Below are positions 51,657 through 64,000 of a stretch of DNA of 64,000 bases, in pieces. The notes below the pieces were generated by a model. The model was given only the letters and a program-made list of their open reading frames with translations. It was not told the DNA's origin and did no database searches. Position numbers and translations under genes: made by a program. Location of the stretch: NCBI RefSeq assembly GCF_006345805.1, contig NC_043011.1, positions 66,104,464-66,168,463 of the forward strand. The letters are read 5' to 3'. The first letter of the stretch is position 1. Every line of letters starts with the position of its first letter. Source of the stretch: Octopus sinensis (Eukaryota).

Positions 51657-52209
51657 GAGTGAGAGAGCAGTTCATGCCATCAAAGTGACACTGGGGTAAA
51701 ATATACGAAGCCCAATATACCCATCATGACTACCCGTCTGATAAAAGTACACCAGGCACATGCATCACAACCATATGTGCGCGACATGGTGATCTCATAT
51801 CAAGATAAACAGCACATGACCTTGCAGGTGGGGCCCAGTTAGTATTTTCTTCAGGTTGAGTAGCCCATCCTGCTCAAACGGTCCCTGAATAAGGGTTGTT
51901 TAAGGATGTTGAAAGAACCACCCATGTTTCCAGAGGTGAACTATTCAAAACCCAAAGAATCCCTCTCAACACATGGCTATGATGCTCCCCCACTACTTCT
52001 GCTCGTGATCAGAGATGCACATATCGTCAGCCACTAAGGGACATGCTCAACTGGTTAAGGTCAAACAACTGACAAGCAAATCTGTAGTATTGAGCAGAAT
52101 AAATGCTGTAGCCCATCTTTTATATCAAGACAAAACATGTACATGATAACACTTCCAATCAGTTAAGATCAGAAGCCATGAGAACCACTGCCTGGTACTG
52201 CATCAGGGC

Positions 52210-52210
<1 letters not shown>
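51657..52210. mobile_element. ~555-bp non-coding unit, copy 1, inserted in (TTA)n
   Basis: Near-identical to 52405-52947 and 53021-53593; bounded by TTA arrays; no long ORF. Confidence 0.85.
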
Positions 52211-52278
<68 letters not shown>

Positions 52279-52313
52279 TATTATTACTATTATTATTATT
52301 ATTATTATTACTA

Positions 52314-52387
<74 letters not shown>

Positions 52388-52404
52388 TATTATTTATTAT
52401 TATT

Positions 52405-52947
52405 GAGTGAGAGAGCAGTTCATGCCATCAAAGTGACACTGGGGTAAAATATACGAAGCCCAATATACCCATCATGACTACCCGTCTGATAAAAGTACAC
52501 CAGGCACATGCATCACAACCATATGTGCGCGACATGGTGATCTCATATCAAGATAAACAGCACATGACCTTGCAGGTGGGGCCCAGTTAGAATTTTCTTC
52601 AGGTTGAGTAGCCCATCCCGCTCAAACGGTCCCTGAATAAGGGTTGTTTAAGGATGTTGAAAGAACCACCCATGTTTCCAGAGGTGAACTATTCAAACTC
52701 CAAAGAATCCCTCTCAACACATGGCTATGATGCTCCCCCACTACTTCTGCTCGTGATCAGAGATGCACATATCGTCAGCCACTAAGGGACATGCTCAACT
52801 GGTTAAGGTCAAACAACTGACAAGCAAATCTGTGGTATTGAGCAGAATATTTGCTGTAGCCCATCTTTTATACCAAGACAAAACAATGTACATGATAACA
52901 CTTCCAATCAGTTAAGATCAGAAGCCATGAGAGCCACTGCCTGGTAC
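52405..52947. mobile_element. ~555-bp non-coding unit, copy 2
   Basis: As copy 1; lacks the last ~10 bp. Confidence 0.85.
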
Positions 52948-52948
52948 T

Positions 52949-52979
<31 letters not shown>

Positions 52980-53020
52980 TATTATTATTATTTATTATTA
53001 TTATTATTGTTATTATTATT

Positions 53021-53593
53021 GAGTGAGAGAGCAGTTCATACCATCAAAGTGACGCTGGGGTAAAATATACGAAGCCCAATATACCCATCATGACTACACG
53101 TCTGATAAGGGTACACCAGGCATATGCATCACAACCATATGTGCGCGACATGGTGACCTCATATCAAGATAAACAGTGAATGACCTTGAAGGTGGGGCCC
53201 AGTTAGAATTTCTTCAGGTTGAGTAGCCCATCCCGCTCAAAATGTCCCTGAATAACGGTTGTTTAAGGATGTTGAAAGAACCACCCATGTTTCCAGAGGT
53301 GAATCATTCAAACCCCAAAGAATTCGTCTCAACACATGGCTATGATGCTCCCCCACTACTTCTGCTCGTGATCAGAGATGCACATATCGTCAGCCACTAA
53401 GGGACATGCTCAACTGGTTAAGGTCAAACAACTGACAAGCAAATCTGTGGTATTGAGCAGAATATTTGCTGTAGCCCATCTTTTATACCAAGACAAAACA
53501 ATGTACATGATGACACTTCCAATCAGTTAAGATCAGAAGCCATGAGAGCCACTGCCCCGTACTGCATCAGGGCAAAGGTACTGCATCAGAGCA
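53021..53593. mobile_element. ~555-bp non-coding unit, copy 3 (more diverged, terminal 16-bp duplication)
   Basis: As copy 1; GTACTGCATCAG(G/A)GCA is repeated at the right end. Confidence 0.85.
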
Positions 53594-53605
53594 ATTGTTA
53601 TTATG

Positions 53606-53658
<53 letters not shown>

Positions 53659-53700
53659 TATTATTACTATTATTATTATATTATTATTATTATATTATTA

Positions 53701-53755
<55 letters not shown>

Positions 53756-53800
53756 GTTATTATTATTATTATTATTATTATATTATTATTATTATCATCA

Positions 53801-53831
<31 letters not shown>

Positions 53832-53870
53832 CATCATCATTATTGTTATTATTATCATTATTGTTATTAT

Positions 53871-54513
53871 TGGCTTTGCACAGCTTCTAAAGCTGGAGAT
53901 GTACTACGGTATCAACTGTTCATTACCAGTGAACTAAGGTAACAGGTGTTATTTTTCGAGCACCTTCCGGAGTATTCGAGCGGTTCCATGTAGTGTTGTT
54001 TTCTGCAAGTGCTCTATTTGCAGCCCCTATTTGTTTCACGTACTTCTCGAGATTTTTGCTCACTGTTCCTTGGGCTCCGACAATTATCGGCACTACTGCT
54101 ACATTTTTCATCCACCACAACTGCTTGACTTCCTAAGCTAACCTCTCATATATCTCGACTTTTATTTCTTCTGTATCGCACACCTTTTTGTCACCTGGGC
54201 ATGCCATGTCTATGATCCAGCTTAGTTTGTTTTGTGTCTTAATTGAGACTATGAACGGTTTCCAATTCTCTATCTCATGGTCGCACAGAAACAAAATTCC
54301 CTAACATCTTTGGATTTCTACTTTCGATGATGCCTTCAGGTTTGTGGTCGTACGAATCTTTTGGCTCTGCCAAACTATACTTGTTGCAGAGTGACTAATT
54401 GAAATCTTAGCTATATTGTCGTGGCGTCTCTTATTTTCCTTCTGGGCTACTGGCGTACATTGGCTGATAATATGCCATACAGTTTTATGGCGTACATTGG
54501 CTGGTACAATGCC
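53871..54513 (-). mobile_element. 3' fragment of a second R4/Dong-type family (restriction-like endonuclease domain)
   Basis: RRHDNIAK..YDHKPEG..IIDMACPGD..VAVVPIIVGAQGTV; the 3' end runs into (TAA)n. Confidence 0.78.
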
Positions 54514-54529
54514 TATTATTATTATTATT

Positions 54530-57500
54530 TTTTTTTTCTTCTTTCAAATTTGCTTCCATTTCTTGCCGAGTGTCTTCCCGACACCTAGGGCAAAGAAACT
54601 CATAGTATACATTAGTAGGCCATTAAACCAAACTCAATAGTTCGTTCATTTATTAAATTTTTTTTTTTTAAGTTAAATTAAAATACATGAGCAGCAATGG
54701 TTCTCACATCGACAATGCTCTTCTCAATACGTGTGATGTACCAGTTAAGACAGTCTTTTGCACTTCTTGCAGGGATGGTAAGCCAGGGATCATTCTCATA
54801 TAATTTTCGGTTCCCTTCTTGATCATTCCTAGTGCTCCTACGATCACTGGTATTGTAACCGCCTTGAGATGCCACATTTTCTCAATTTCAATGAGTAGGT
54901 CTTTATATTTTCTGAGCTTGTCAAACTCTTTCGCTGAGATATTATGATCACAGGGGATGCTCATGTCGGTCAATAAGCAAACTTTATTGTTTTGGTCTTT
55001 CACAACAATATCTGGTTTATTGGCCTTGATGGTTCGGTCTGTATGTACTAGAAAGCCCCACAGAATGGCTACATTTTCTCCTTCAGTTACAGACTCAGGG
55101 TGGTGATTATACCACTTGTCGGCACTTTTGATATTGTAATGCCGACTTATTAGCCAGTGTAGATATCGGCCAACTCTGTCATGTCTTAATTTATACTCCA
55201 CTGGTGCTAAGACATTACATCCAGAGATTAGGTTGTCCACTGCTTCAATCATGTTGTTGCAAAATCGGCATTTTGGGTCTGCTCCATTTTTCATCACATT
55301 GGCCTGGTAGTTCCGAGTTTATAGGCTTTGATCTTGAGCAGCCAGGATGAAACCTTCGCTCCCTGCTTTTAGCTCTGAGCTCCGTAGCCACTGATGGGTT
55401 TGCTTCTGGTCAACATCAGCTTGTTTGCTGCAGGCCACATATTTGCCGTGCAGAGGTTTCTCCTCCCTCCTATCAGCCACTTGCTCGTGCGCTTTTTTCG
55501 TTGCCATTATTTTTACCTTCTTTGCAACAATAGTTGCCGTACTTTCTCTCGGGTTGTTCAGTTTGGGTATCCTGCACGAGATCAATAGCAAATATTTTGC
55601 TTTCCTTTATGATAGAATGAAGCTTCTTTCGTCTCTCTTGATTTTCCACGAGCTTTAGCATCCAGTCATTCGTTAATTCGAGATATTTGGCCAGTCCAAT
55701 TGTGGTTGTTTTGTCAGCTTGTTTGCTACGGGCCACATATTTGCCGTGCTGAGGTTTCTCCTCCCATCAATCAGCCAATTGCTCGTGAGCTTTTTCGTTG
55801 CCATTATTTTCACCTTCTTAGTAACAATAGTTGCCGTACTTCCCTCGGGTTGTTCAGTTTGGTTATCCTGCACGAGATCAATAGCAATTGTTTTGCTTTC
55901 CTTTATGACAGATTGAAGCTTCTTTCATCTCTCGTGATTTTCCACGAGCTTTAGCATCCAGTCATTCGTTATTTCAAGATATTTGGCCAATCCAATTGTG
56001 GTCGATTTGTAAGCTAGTTCAAATTGGATCAGGCCTCGACCTCCTTGGGCTCTGGGAGGTAAAGGCGATCTACGTCTGATTTTGAGTGGTGCATCCTATT
56101 ACAACTCAGCAGCTTGCGTATTTTCCTATCTATATTCTTTACTTCACTCATATTCCAGTTCAACACATTGTAGCTATAAGTAACAACTGGAACTGCTAAG
56201 GAATTTATAGCTAACACCTTGTTACGTGCATTTAGTTCAGATTTCAGGACTGCCCGAACTCTCCTATAACATTCCTTCCTGATCTTCTCTTTCATGCTTG
56301 CATGCTGAATACCAGAGCCTTCATTGATCCCTAAATATTTGTATGTTTGTTCTTGCTCAAGCTCTCTTATGACTGTGTCAACATATAACACGACTGAATT
56401 TGTGGTCTTCACTTACCTTTTCTGGAAAGTGGCCTTGACACACTTCTCAAGTCCAAACTCCATCCCGATGTCATCGCTGAATGCTTTCACAGTGCGCAAT
56501 AGGCCTTCAATTCATTATTGTCTTTACCATAGAGTTTTCAGTCATCCATATAAAATAGATGGCTTATTTTTTTATTGGCAATTTTATACCCTTACCCTGT
56601 TCTGTTTAATTCACTTGTAAGGGGTATTAGGGCTATGCAGAATATTAAATGTGAAAGTGAGTCACCTTGAAAAATTCCACAGTTGATGTTTATACTTTCT
56701 GAGGCAAGTATTCCATTAGAGTGGTATAATTTAAGATTCGTATTCCACAACGACATATTGTGCTTCAGGAAGTTTGAAATCACAGAGGAAATTTTGAAGA
56801 AGTCCAGCGATCTCAAGAACCATGGATGCGGTATACTGTCGAAGGCCTTTTTATAGTCAATCCATCCGGAGCTGAGATTTCTGCGCTTGTTGTGACAGTT
56901 CTCAAGGATCATACAATTAATTGCATCTGTAAGAGCCTCGGCGGCACCCTTTTTGTTTAATGGGGAAAATATCGTTCTTCTCCATGAATGCATGTTTTCT
57001 CCGCCAGGATAGATGTTAGGATTTTATACGTGGTGTATACACAGGTTATAGGCCGATAGTTTTTTGGAAGGTTGGTTTCGTTATTCTTTGGGGGTAGGTA
57101 AGTAATACCACTTGCTAACCATTCAGGTGTTTTCTTTGGGTCTCTCATAATTCCATTGAGCAGCTGAACTGGCTTACCGTGTGCGCATGGGAGCGATGCG
57201 AGCCAGAAATTCGGCACCCTATCTTTACCGGGCGATTTCCAATCATGGGCCTTCGTGAGTGCCTTTCTTAGATCTGCTATTGTGATGTCTTCCCATGCTT
57301 GTTGTTGTAAATTTTGGTAGGATCCTTCAGTTTGTATAATCCAGTTTGCATTTATGTTGTACGTCTTCTTGTCACTCAAAATCCTTTTCCAAAAGTTTTG
57401 AACTTCTTCCATGGGAGGGGGGAATTTAACGGTTACTTTCTCTTCTCTGTAGAATTTTTTGGCATTGGATGTGAACAGCTTATTTTGCTTGTAAAACTTG

Positions 57501-58772
57501 TTTCTCTTCTCAAATCTTCGTATTCTTTGGGCTTTTGCTTGGACTTTTTGTTTCAGCGTTTCTTTTATTGATATCAGTTCTTCTGTTGGTGAGGATCCAA
57601 ATTTTCTCTTCATCTTTCTTCCTGTTCTGGATCTTACATCAGTTCCACATATTAGTTCATTTAATATTGAGAGTTCCCCTCTCATAAATTCAATCTCTTT
57701 TTCAATTTTACTTCTCCAGGTTTGATTACTTCCCAGGTTTGGTTTTCTTTGTTTTTTCGGGGGCATACAGCTGGTTTCAATTGCCCTAGCAGAAGCGTAA
57801 ATAATTTCATTTAACTCAGTAAAATCAGGTTTTAATTCTTGTATTATTTCATTTGTTACATAGTTGCCAATTTGGATTTGTTTTTTATTTTGGTTTGTAT
57901 TTGAGAGTTTATGAAGTGGTTCTCTATCATTCATACTTGTATGTCTTACAACTTCAAGCATATTCAGGATTTTCTGCCTCATTTCTGCCATAGACTCTCT
58001 GTGTTCTTCAGCAAATGCGAGATCTTCAGTTACTGTTGTTTTATCATTTTCCTGGCTATCTTTAACAGGTACAATAGAATTTCTTGTATCTTCAGGCCTT
58101 TGCGTACTTTGGTCAGATGGCAGTCTTTCAATTAAGCCTCGTGGCGGGCTATACTGTTCATCTGATTCTTCATTTCCTTTGTGTCTTATATTTATGTCAT
58201 TTCCCGTTGCGTGCTTGATCGCGCTTATTTCACTGTCTGTGAGTCTGTTATTTCTAAGGATATCCCTCCTCACATTTGCTAATTTGTTCTCGTCCAAATA
58301 GGGCCTACTGTCTTGATTCCGTGTTCTCCATATACTGTAAGAGTTTGCGGTGTGTCTCTCTTGAGATGGCCTACCTAATGCATAGTAATAAGCGTATATT
58401 ACTTCTTTATACTCTTCTCGGGTCTATTTGTTCCGCTTACATTTTTCTTTCTGTGGTGGTTGTGGTGGTGAATTTGGAGGGCTCGAGTTGGGGGATTTCC
58501 CGTTCAAGTGACCATCCATGTCCGTATTCGGAGAAGAGTTTGTGCCAGTTGATGACTTTTCGATCCCAGGCTGGCTCTTCCCTGGGGGACGCGCTTCCAC
58601 ATTAACCATAGTACAAGCGATTTGGTATACTGATTTAGTTTACCTTTTAGTTTCCAAAAACATTTTGGTGCTACGATAATGTTATCATTTTTGAGCTTTG
58701 ATTGGCTCGTGGGGAGACGGCCATCATTGCGGTTACATATATAATCGTACCATTAAAGCAGCCGTAGTCGGC
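54530..58772 (-). mobile_element. Near full-length R4/Dong-type non-LTR retrotransposon (RT + CCHC-like knuckle + RLE), frameshifted
   Basis: KSPGKDRVPNFWL, IDYKKAFDSIPH, GIFQGDSLS, YMDDLK, CRFC..NLISGC, RHD, KPDIVVKD..DMSIP, KYKDL; (TAA)n on both sides, with an A-run before the 3' TAA. Confidence 0.92.
55415..56003. repeat. ~297-bp diverged tandem duplication inside the R4-type element
   Basis: 55415-55706 vs 55711-56003. Confidence 0.88.
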
Positions 58773-59277
58773 TTATTATTGTTATTATCATCACCATTAT
58801 TATCACTATCATCATTATCACCACCATTACCATCATCATTATCATCATCACCATCACCATTATCATCATCATCATCAATGATATTGTTTTATGTGTAGTC
58901 ACAGCAGTATCTTATTATTGTTATTTTAGTTTTCTATCATTATCACCATCACAGTAGCGTCTGTCTGTCTCGTTGCCTGGCTTAGTAGTTGGCTGGCTGA
59001 CTGTCTTCAACCCAGAGTTCTTGCCTGTCAAATAATACTTTCATATTTTGTTAACAATAGAGCCGTGGTGAGGTTTGTGTTGGTTGAACTCTTTGAGTGT
59101 GTGTGTGTGTGTGTGTGTAGATAGATAGATAGATTATCAGCACTATTACTATCATTATTATCATCATCACCATCATCACCATCACCATCAGTGATATTTT
59201 TTTTAAATTTTAGGTGGGGTCCTATCGGTCAAAAAAAGTTCAAATGTTTACTACTATTAGACTTAAGAAAAATTAAG

Positions 59278-60047
59278 GAAGGGCTGTTCTGTATTATTTG
59301 TGAATAGGGAAGTTGTGTTCGACCAGAGAGAATCTTAGCATCATTATTTTTTTTTCCATGTGCGTTTGTGTTATTGCAATAAAATGTGTTTGTATATTTC
59401 GTCTAAGGTAATATTGTGGAGGTTGAAGTTGACTTTTCTAGAGATGTTTGTATGTCCAGTTAGAGAACAGGTGTGTTTTTGCAATAAAAATAATATGTTT
59501 ACATTTATATTTGAATATTCAGGGTGGAAGCAAAGAAAAGTCAGATTTTTATAGAAAGATTTAGGTTTTTGTAAGTCCACAAAAAGGAAAGCGTGATGTT
59601 TTTAGAGAGAAGAAAAAAAAAGGATGTTTACAGAGGCAATTGTGGGTATTAAAGTTTTTAAAGCTGGTCGAATGTATGATTGAAAACTGTAGGTATGTAA
59701 ATTTGTTAATTTCTTAACTTATTTTGAAGGGCTGTTCTGTATTATTTGTGAATAGAGAAGTTGTGTCCGACCAGAGAGAATCTTAGCATCATTATTTTTT
59801 TCCATGTGCGTTTGTGTTATTGCAATAAAAAATGTTTGTATATTTCGTCTAAGGTAATATTGTGGAGGTTGAAGTTGACTTTTCTAGAGATGTTTGTATG
59901 TCCAGTTAGAAGAACAGGTGTGTTTTTGCAATAAAAAGTATATCTTTACATTTATATTTGAATATTCAAGGAGGAAGCAAAGGAAAGTCAGATTTTCATA
60001 GAAAGTTTTGTGGTTTTGTAAGTCCAGAAAAAAAAAGCGTGACGTTT
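59278..60047. repeat. Tandem duplication with a 448-bp period (second copy partial), followed by an (ATT)n array to ~60340
   Basis: GAAGGGCTGTTCTGTATTATTTGTG at 59278 and 59726. Confidence 0.88.
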
Positions 60048-60070
60048 ATTATTATTATTATTATTATTAA

Positions 60071-60122
<52 letters not shown>

Positions 60123-60223
60123 ATTATTATTATTGTTATTATTATTATTATCATCGTTATTATTATTATCATTATTATATATTATTATTATTATTATTAT
60201 TATTATTATCATCATTATTATTA

Positions 60224-60257
<34 letters not shown>

Positions 60258-60271
60258 CATCATTATTATTA

Positions 60272-60308
<37 letters not shown>

Positions 60309-60309
60309 G

Positions 60310-60340
<31 letters not shown>

Positions 60341-60344
60341 CGTA

Positions 60345-60935
60345 ACACATTTTAGGTAAACATGCACCGGGGTATTTTGCGTATCATAACTTTAAATTGT
60401 CGAAGCCCTAAGCTACCCCATCCTAAGACCTAACAAATACTCTATCTAAAGGCGATCTGGATTGCCTGTTGTGGCTTCTCCAACTTAACATGTGCATATC
60501 AAGGATATCCAGTCGGTACCTGTCATTCCTGAGCAGACTGCTATGTGCTAAACCCTCCCGTTCTGTAAAATACTATGACAGTCCCCCACTAGTTCTAAAC
60601 TGCGATACATTCCCATGTATGTTTCTAGACGTCTGAAGGAATCTGGCCTCTCAGGCCCCGTCGGGACTTACAACCTCACCAGTGTCAAGGCACTACCTTC
60701 TTCGCCATTCACATCAGGGACCACTACTCTGCCATGCGGGTCCAGGACTATAGTCCGTACGTTGAGATACTTCATAGTCCTTGAAGATGGATACTAGGGA
60801 TTGTTTTTCGGAGATCCGTGTTTCACTGATCCCAGCCACATATAAATCAAATGACCTCAAATCAGTGAGCAAGTGACCTTCCTTCCAAGCTGAATTCACG
60901 CTACGCACATTAACACACTTGATTCACGCTCATGC
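60345..60935 (-). mobile_element. Decayed APE endonuclease region of an L1/Tx1-like LINE
   Basis: IKCVNVRSVNS..DLYVAGISETRI; later VVPDVNGEEGSALTLVRL*VPTGPERPDSFRRLETY. Confidence 0.65.
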
Positions 60936-62409
60936 TAGTCGTAGAAAGACAAAGATGAGGTGAATCACTTTGATTTTCAAGAAACCCTGTAGTTCCGACC
61001 CTCTCTACTGGTGAAAATTGTTTAAAAGGCCCTTCCAACAACCTTTTATCAACTGATTTTTTAAATCCTCACATTATATGGGAGTATTTCACTTGTATTA
61101 TAAACCGTCTGACGACGTTTAAAATGATTCTCGGTTTTCAGATTTTAAAGATGAAATCCTTAAATTCTTTTCCCTCTCTGCCTTTGTTTTCACTTACAAA
61201 TTCCATCAATTCACTGATGCACCTTTTCGTAACATTGAAATTTATGGATATATTTCGTCTATAGTTTGAAGTATATTGTTGTTTTCGAAGTTCTATAATT
61301 GGTTGTTTCTGTGATTTCGGGCCGTTGCTCTTTTTGAAGTTGTTTATTTTCTTGTTATTTTTGTTGATCGGGAATTGTGTTGTAGTTATCGCTTCAGAAT
61401 AAGTTTGTGTAGCGTTCTTCGATTGTGGCTATGTACTCTCCTCTTACGTCTACCCACATACATCACTGTGTACCATGGAGCGTTCAGCTCTTCTTTCTCC
61501 ATGTCATTGCAGATAATGTAGGTTCGAGTGATAGAGCATTCAGGAGAAGCTTGCTATTTCGTGGCAACCGGAGGTAGACACCTTTGTTGTCTTGGATTGC
61601 GTGGTTTTGGGTAGAGGTGTAGCAGTCATAAGGACATGTTAATGACTTTGCGTTTGTGATGTTTGTAGTGTTATCACTGATTTTCTTCTTGTTGTTGTTA
61701 TTGTCACTGCTGCTGCTGCTGTTGTTGTCGTTTCGACACCGGAAGATTTGAGGTTGCTCAGAGAAGTAACGTTAATCACCACAGTGACAACTTAAGTTTA
61801 AGCCATTCTTGTTCTCCTCTTTCCCGACGTGGACCGCTGTCCTTTGTCGGACCTTATGTTGGATCCTGTGTCAGCCCTCTTTAACTGAATAATGAAAACA
61901 GCAAAATCTCATTTAGTCCGAAAGTTATCATTCCAAGTAACAGCAGTTGGGGAGTTTCTACACAAAAATGCTATATACGCATTCCAGACAATTTCAGAAA
62001 TGCAACGGCAACACTAACATGAAAACTTTGGCATCAGAAGGCCGAAAAGATTACAAGCACTATTTCAATTTACGGAGTTGCAAATTTCTGTGACTCTACA
62101 GAATAGCGGTAATAATAATAACAACAGAAACAACATCTAAAACAACAACAACAATAATAATAGTAAGAAAAACAACAAGAACAATAATAATAACAACAAC
62201 AAAAACAATAGCAACAACAACGACAACAACAGACAACAGCAAGGTGTGGGTATGTATATGTTATATCAACAATAGTCAGTGACACAATATAATTGATAAC
62301 TAAACGATAAATTTGAGGCAATAAAAATGTAGAAAATTGTTGATATGACAGACGAAGAAACCACAACAGCAATAGATATTATACTTCAGACAGCAATACG
62401 CATATGTTC

Positions 62410-62443
<34 letters not shown>

Positions 62444-62699
62444 TATAGAAGAATGTTTATAATTATGAACAAGTCACAATTATAAGTAAGAGGGATTCAA
62501 AACCCTTACATCTTTAGAAACAGCAGTCACAAATGCTATAAGGCCAATTAAATCACTCTTATAAAAGGTGTGTGTTGGCGACATGACAAATAGAATCGAC
62601 AACTTAAAAATTACTGTTTAATTTCTTCTTCCCATTTCGACGTTAAGGACCTATTAACGGATCCATTCGTCTCTTCAGGGGAATATTCCTGTACATAGA

Positions 62700-62815
62700 C
62701 ATCAAAACAAGTTCGACAAAATAAGTACTAGGCTAACAAATAATAAGTCCAGGTGTTCGACTGATGGTGATGCTCCATCTTGGCCGCAGTCGGCTTACTG
62801 AAACAAATAAAAAAT
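62700..62815 (+). mobile_element. Old SINE 3' tail remnant
   Basis: GGTGATGCTCCATCTTGGCCGCAGTCGGCTTACTGAAACAAATAAAA resembles 43761-43810. Confidence 0.55.
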
Positions 62816-63029
62816 ATAAAGGAATATTTATATATCTGTGCGTGGGGTGAGGTGTACAGCTTCATGCAAATAGACTGAAAGAATTTTTACGATACATGAA
62901 ACTGATTATAAATACTAAATCAATGGAAGTTGACAGATGTAATGACAGATAATATGTATTACAACAAAAGCATTAATTATTCAATATGGCAATTAATGTG
63001 ATAACGTGGGAAAGCTAATTACTTGAAGC

Positions 63030-63344
63030 TGTCGCAAACTCCACCTGTTTGATTTTGCGTGTCGCACGCACGAAGCTGACCTTGAAGGTGTTGATATTTG
63101 AGTGCGGTGAAACATTGGTCTTTCCTTGTACATCAAAAGTACGTCCCATCAAAAGTAATCAATTTTCACAGCAAGGCAATCACTGTAGCGCCCCAAAACC
63201 TGGGCGAGAGAGTGGTCTTCAAAAAAAAAAATGGTACCTTCTCAATAGGGAAGAGTTGCGTTGTTTGTTACCTATGGCATGACGGAGACTCCTGGATCAG
63301 CACCATATTGTCAGAGCCCAAACTTCTCCATTCAATGTAAGAGA

Positions 63345-63389
<45 letters not shown>

Positions 63390-63780
63390 CAGGATGTTCA
63401 GATACTCCTCTGTGCTTATGTTCAGGCCAAACTCAATGAACTGTGGATCCATGTCACTTCCATAAATCGTCACGGCTACAAATAACATAAGAAAAGCAGG
63501 ATTCTTACTCCCAAACACAGTGCGGATATCAGAATGTTTGTATGACATCACTCGAGAAATTATGTGATTCAACTTAGCGTCCATAGTGAACTTCTCTTTC
63601 AAAAACACGAGAGGTTCTCCTGAAACTTTGTGTTTGAAGAATACTCCTGTATGGCCATGCGTTGGCAACCACAGGTGTAAGTCGCTATTTCTTGTTCACC
63701 TCTCCTGCGATGTCTAGCAAAGCGCAAACACATTTTTTATAATGGTGGTAAAAGGGGAGAGAATGATTTCCTTACAACTA
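63030..63780 (-). mobile_element. Decayed Tc1/mariner-superfamily transposase (DD37D/maT-like), interrupted by (CT)n at ~63345-63385
   Basis: EKFTMDAKLN, KNPAFLMLFVAVTIYG..PQFIEFGLNISTEEYLNIL, LIQESPSCH, IDYF*WDVL..SPHSNINTFK. Confidence 0.65.
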
Positions 63781-64000
63781 CTTCATGAACAGTTGGATTC
63801 ATCAAGACATGTTTAACACTGCTCTCAATATTCTCTTGGATTCCAGATCTAGGAACAGTAATAATTACATAACCGATGCCTCAACTCAAACCTAAGACTG
63901 CAAAATACAAATGAATAAAAGAATGAAGTATTATATGCTTGTAATTATGTGTGTTTATGCATACCAGCTGCGTTTCCAATCAAACGGTGCATGTAGGTTT

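Noticed and set aside
51657-53593. Repeat-spacer-like periodicity suggesting a CRISPR-like array
   Set aside because: Units are ~555 bp, the spacers are simple TTA repeats, there are no cas genes and the context is eukaryotic.
58680-58772. Possible HDV-like ribozyme in the R4-type 5' UTR (GTCTCCCCACGAG)
   Set aside because: I could not assemble convincing P1/P2/P4 pairings by eye; it needs a descriptor search.

Overview
AT-rich, repeat-saturated eukaryotic DNA. The tRNA-headed SINE families and the mix of Penelope-like (PLE), CR1/L2-group, R4/Dong-type, mariner and Chapaev-like elements point to a cephalopod (Octopus-type) genome; this is inferred from recognising the repeats and was not verified by search. 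No intact host gene is visible, and most ORFs in the supplied track are translations of (TA)n, (TG)n or (TAA)n microsatellites. The main structured signal is a set of at least six different sequence families of minimal type-I hammerhead ribozymes (13 copies, some degenerate or low-confidence), read directly from the sequence and located at PLE termini. Each family has its own palindromic stem III, and one family carries a compensatory U3:A8 catalytic-core variant. Several PLE insertions share a 'tails-out' inverted architecture, the extreme case being a 3.9-kb near-perfect palindrome (517-4421). Other notable items are a (TAA)n-targeted hotspot (near full-length R4/Dong-type element, a second fragment and three copies of a ~555-bp non-coding unit), a covarying 3' signal shared by three LINE subfamilies and a SINE, and two clusters of old, decayed paralogous coding-like units (9.6-17.3 kb and 45.3-51.2 kb) of unidentified family.
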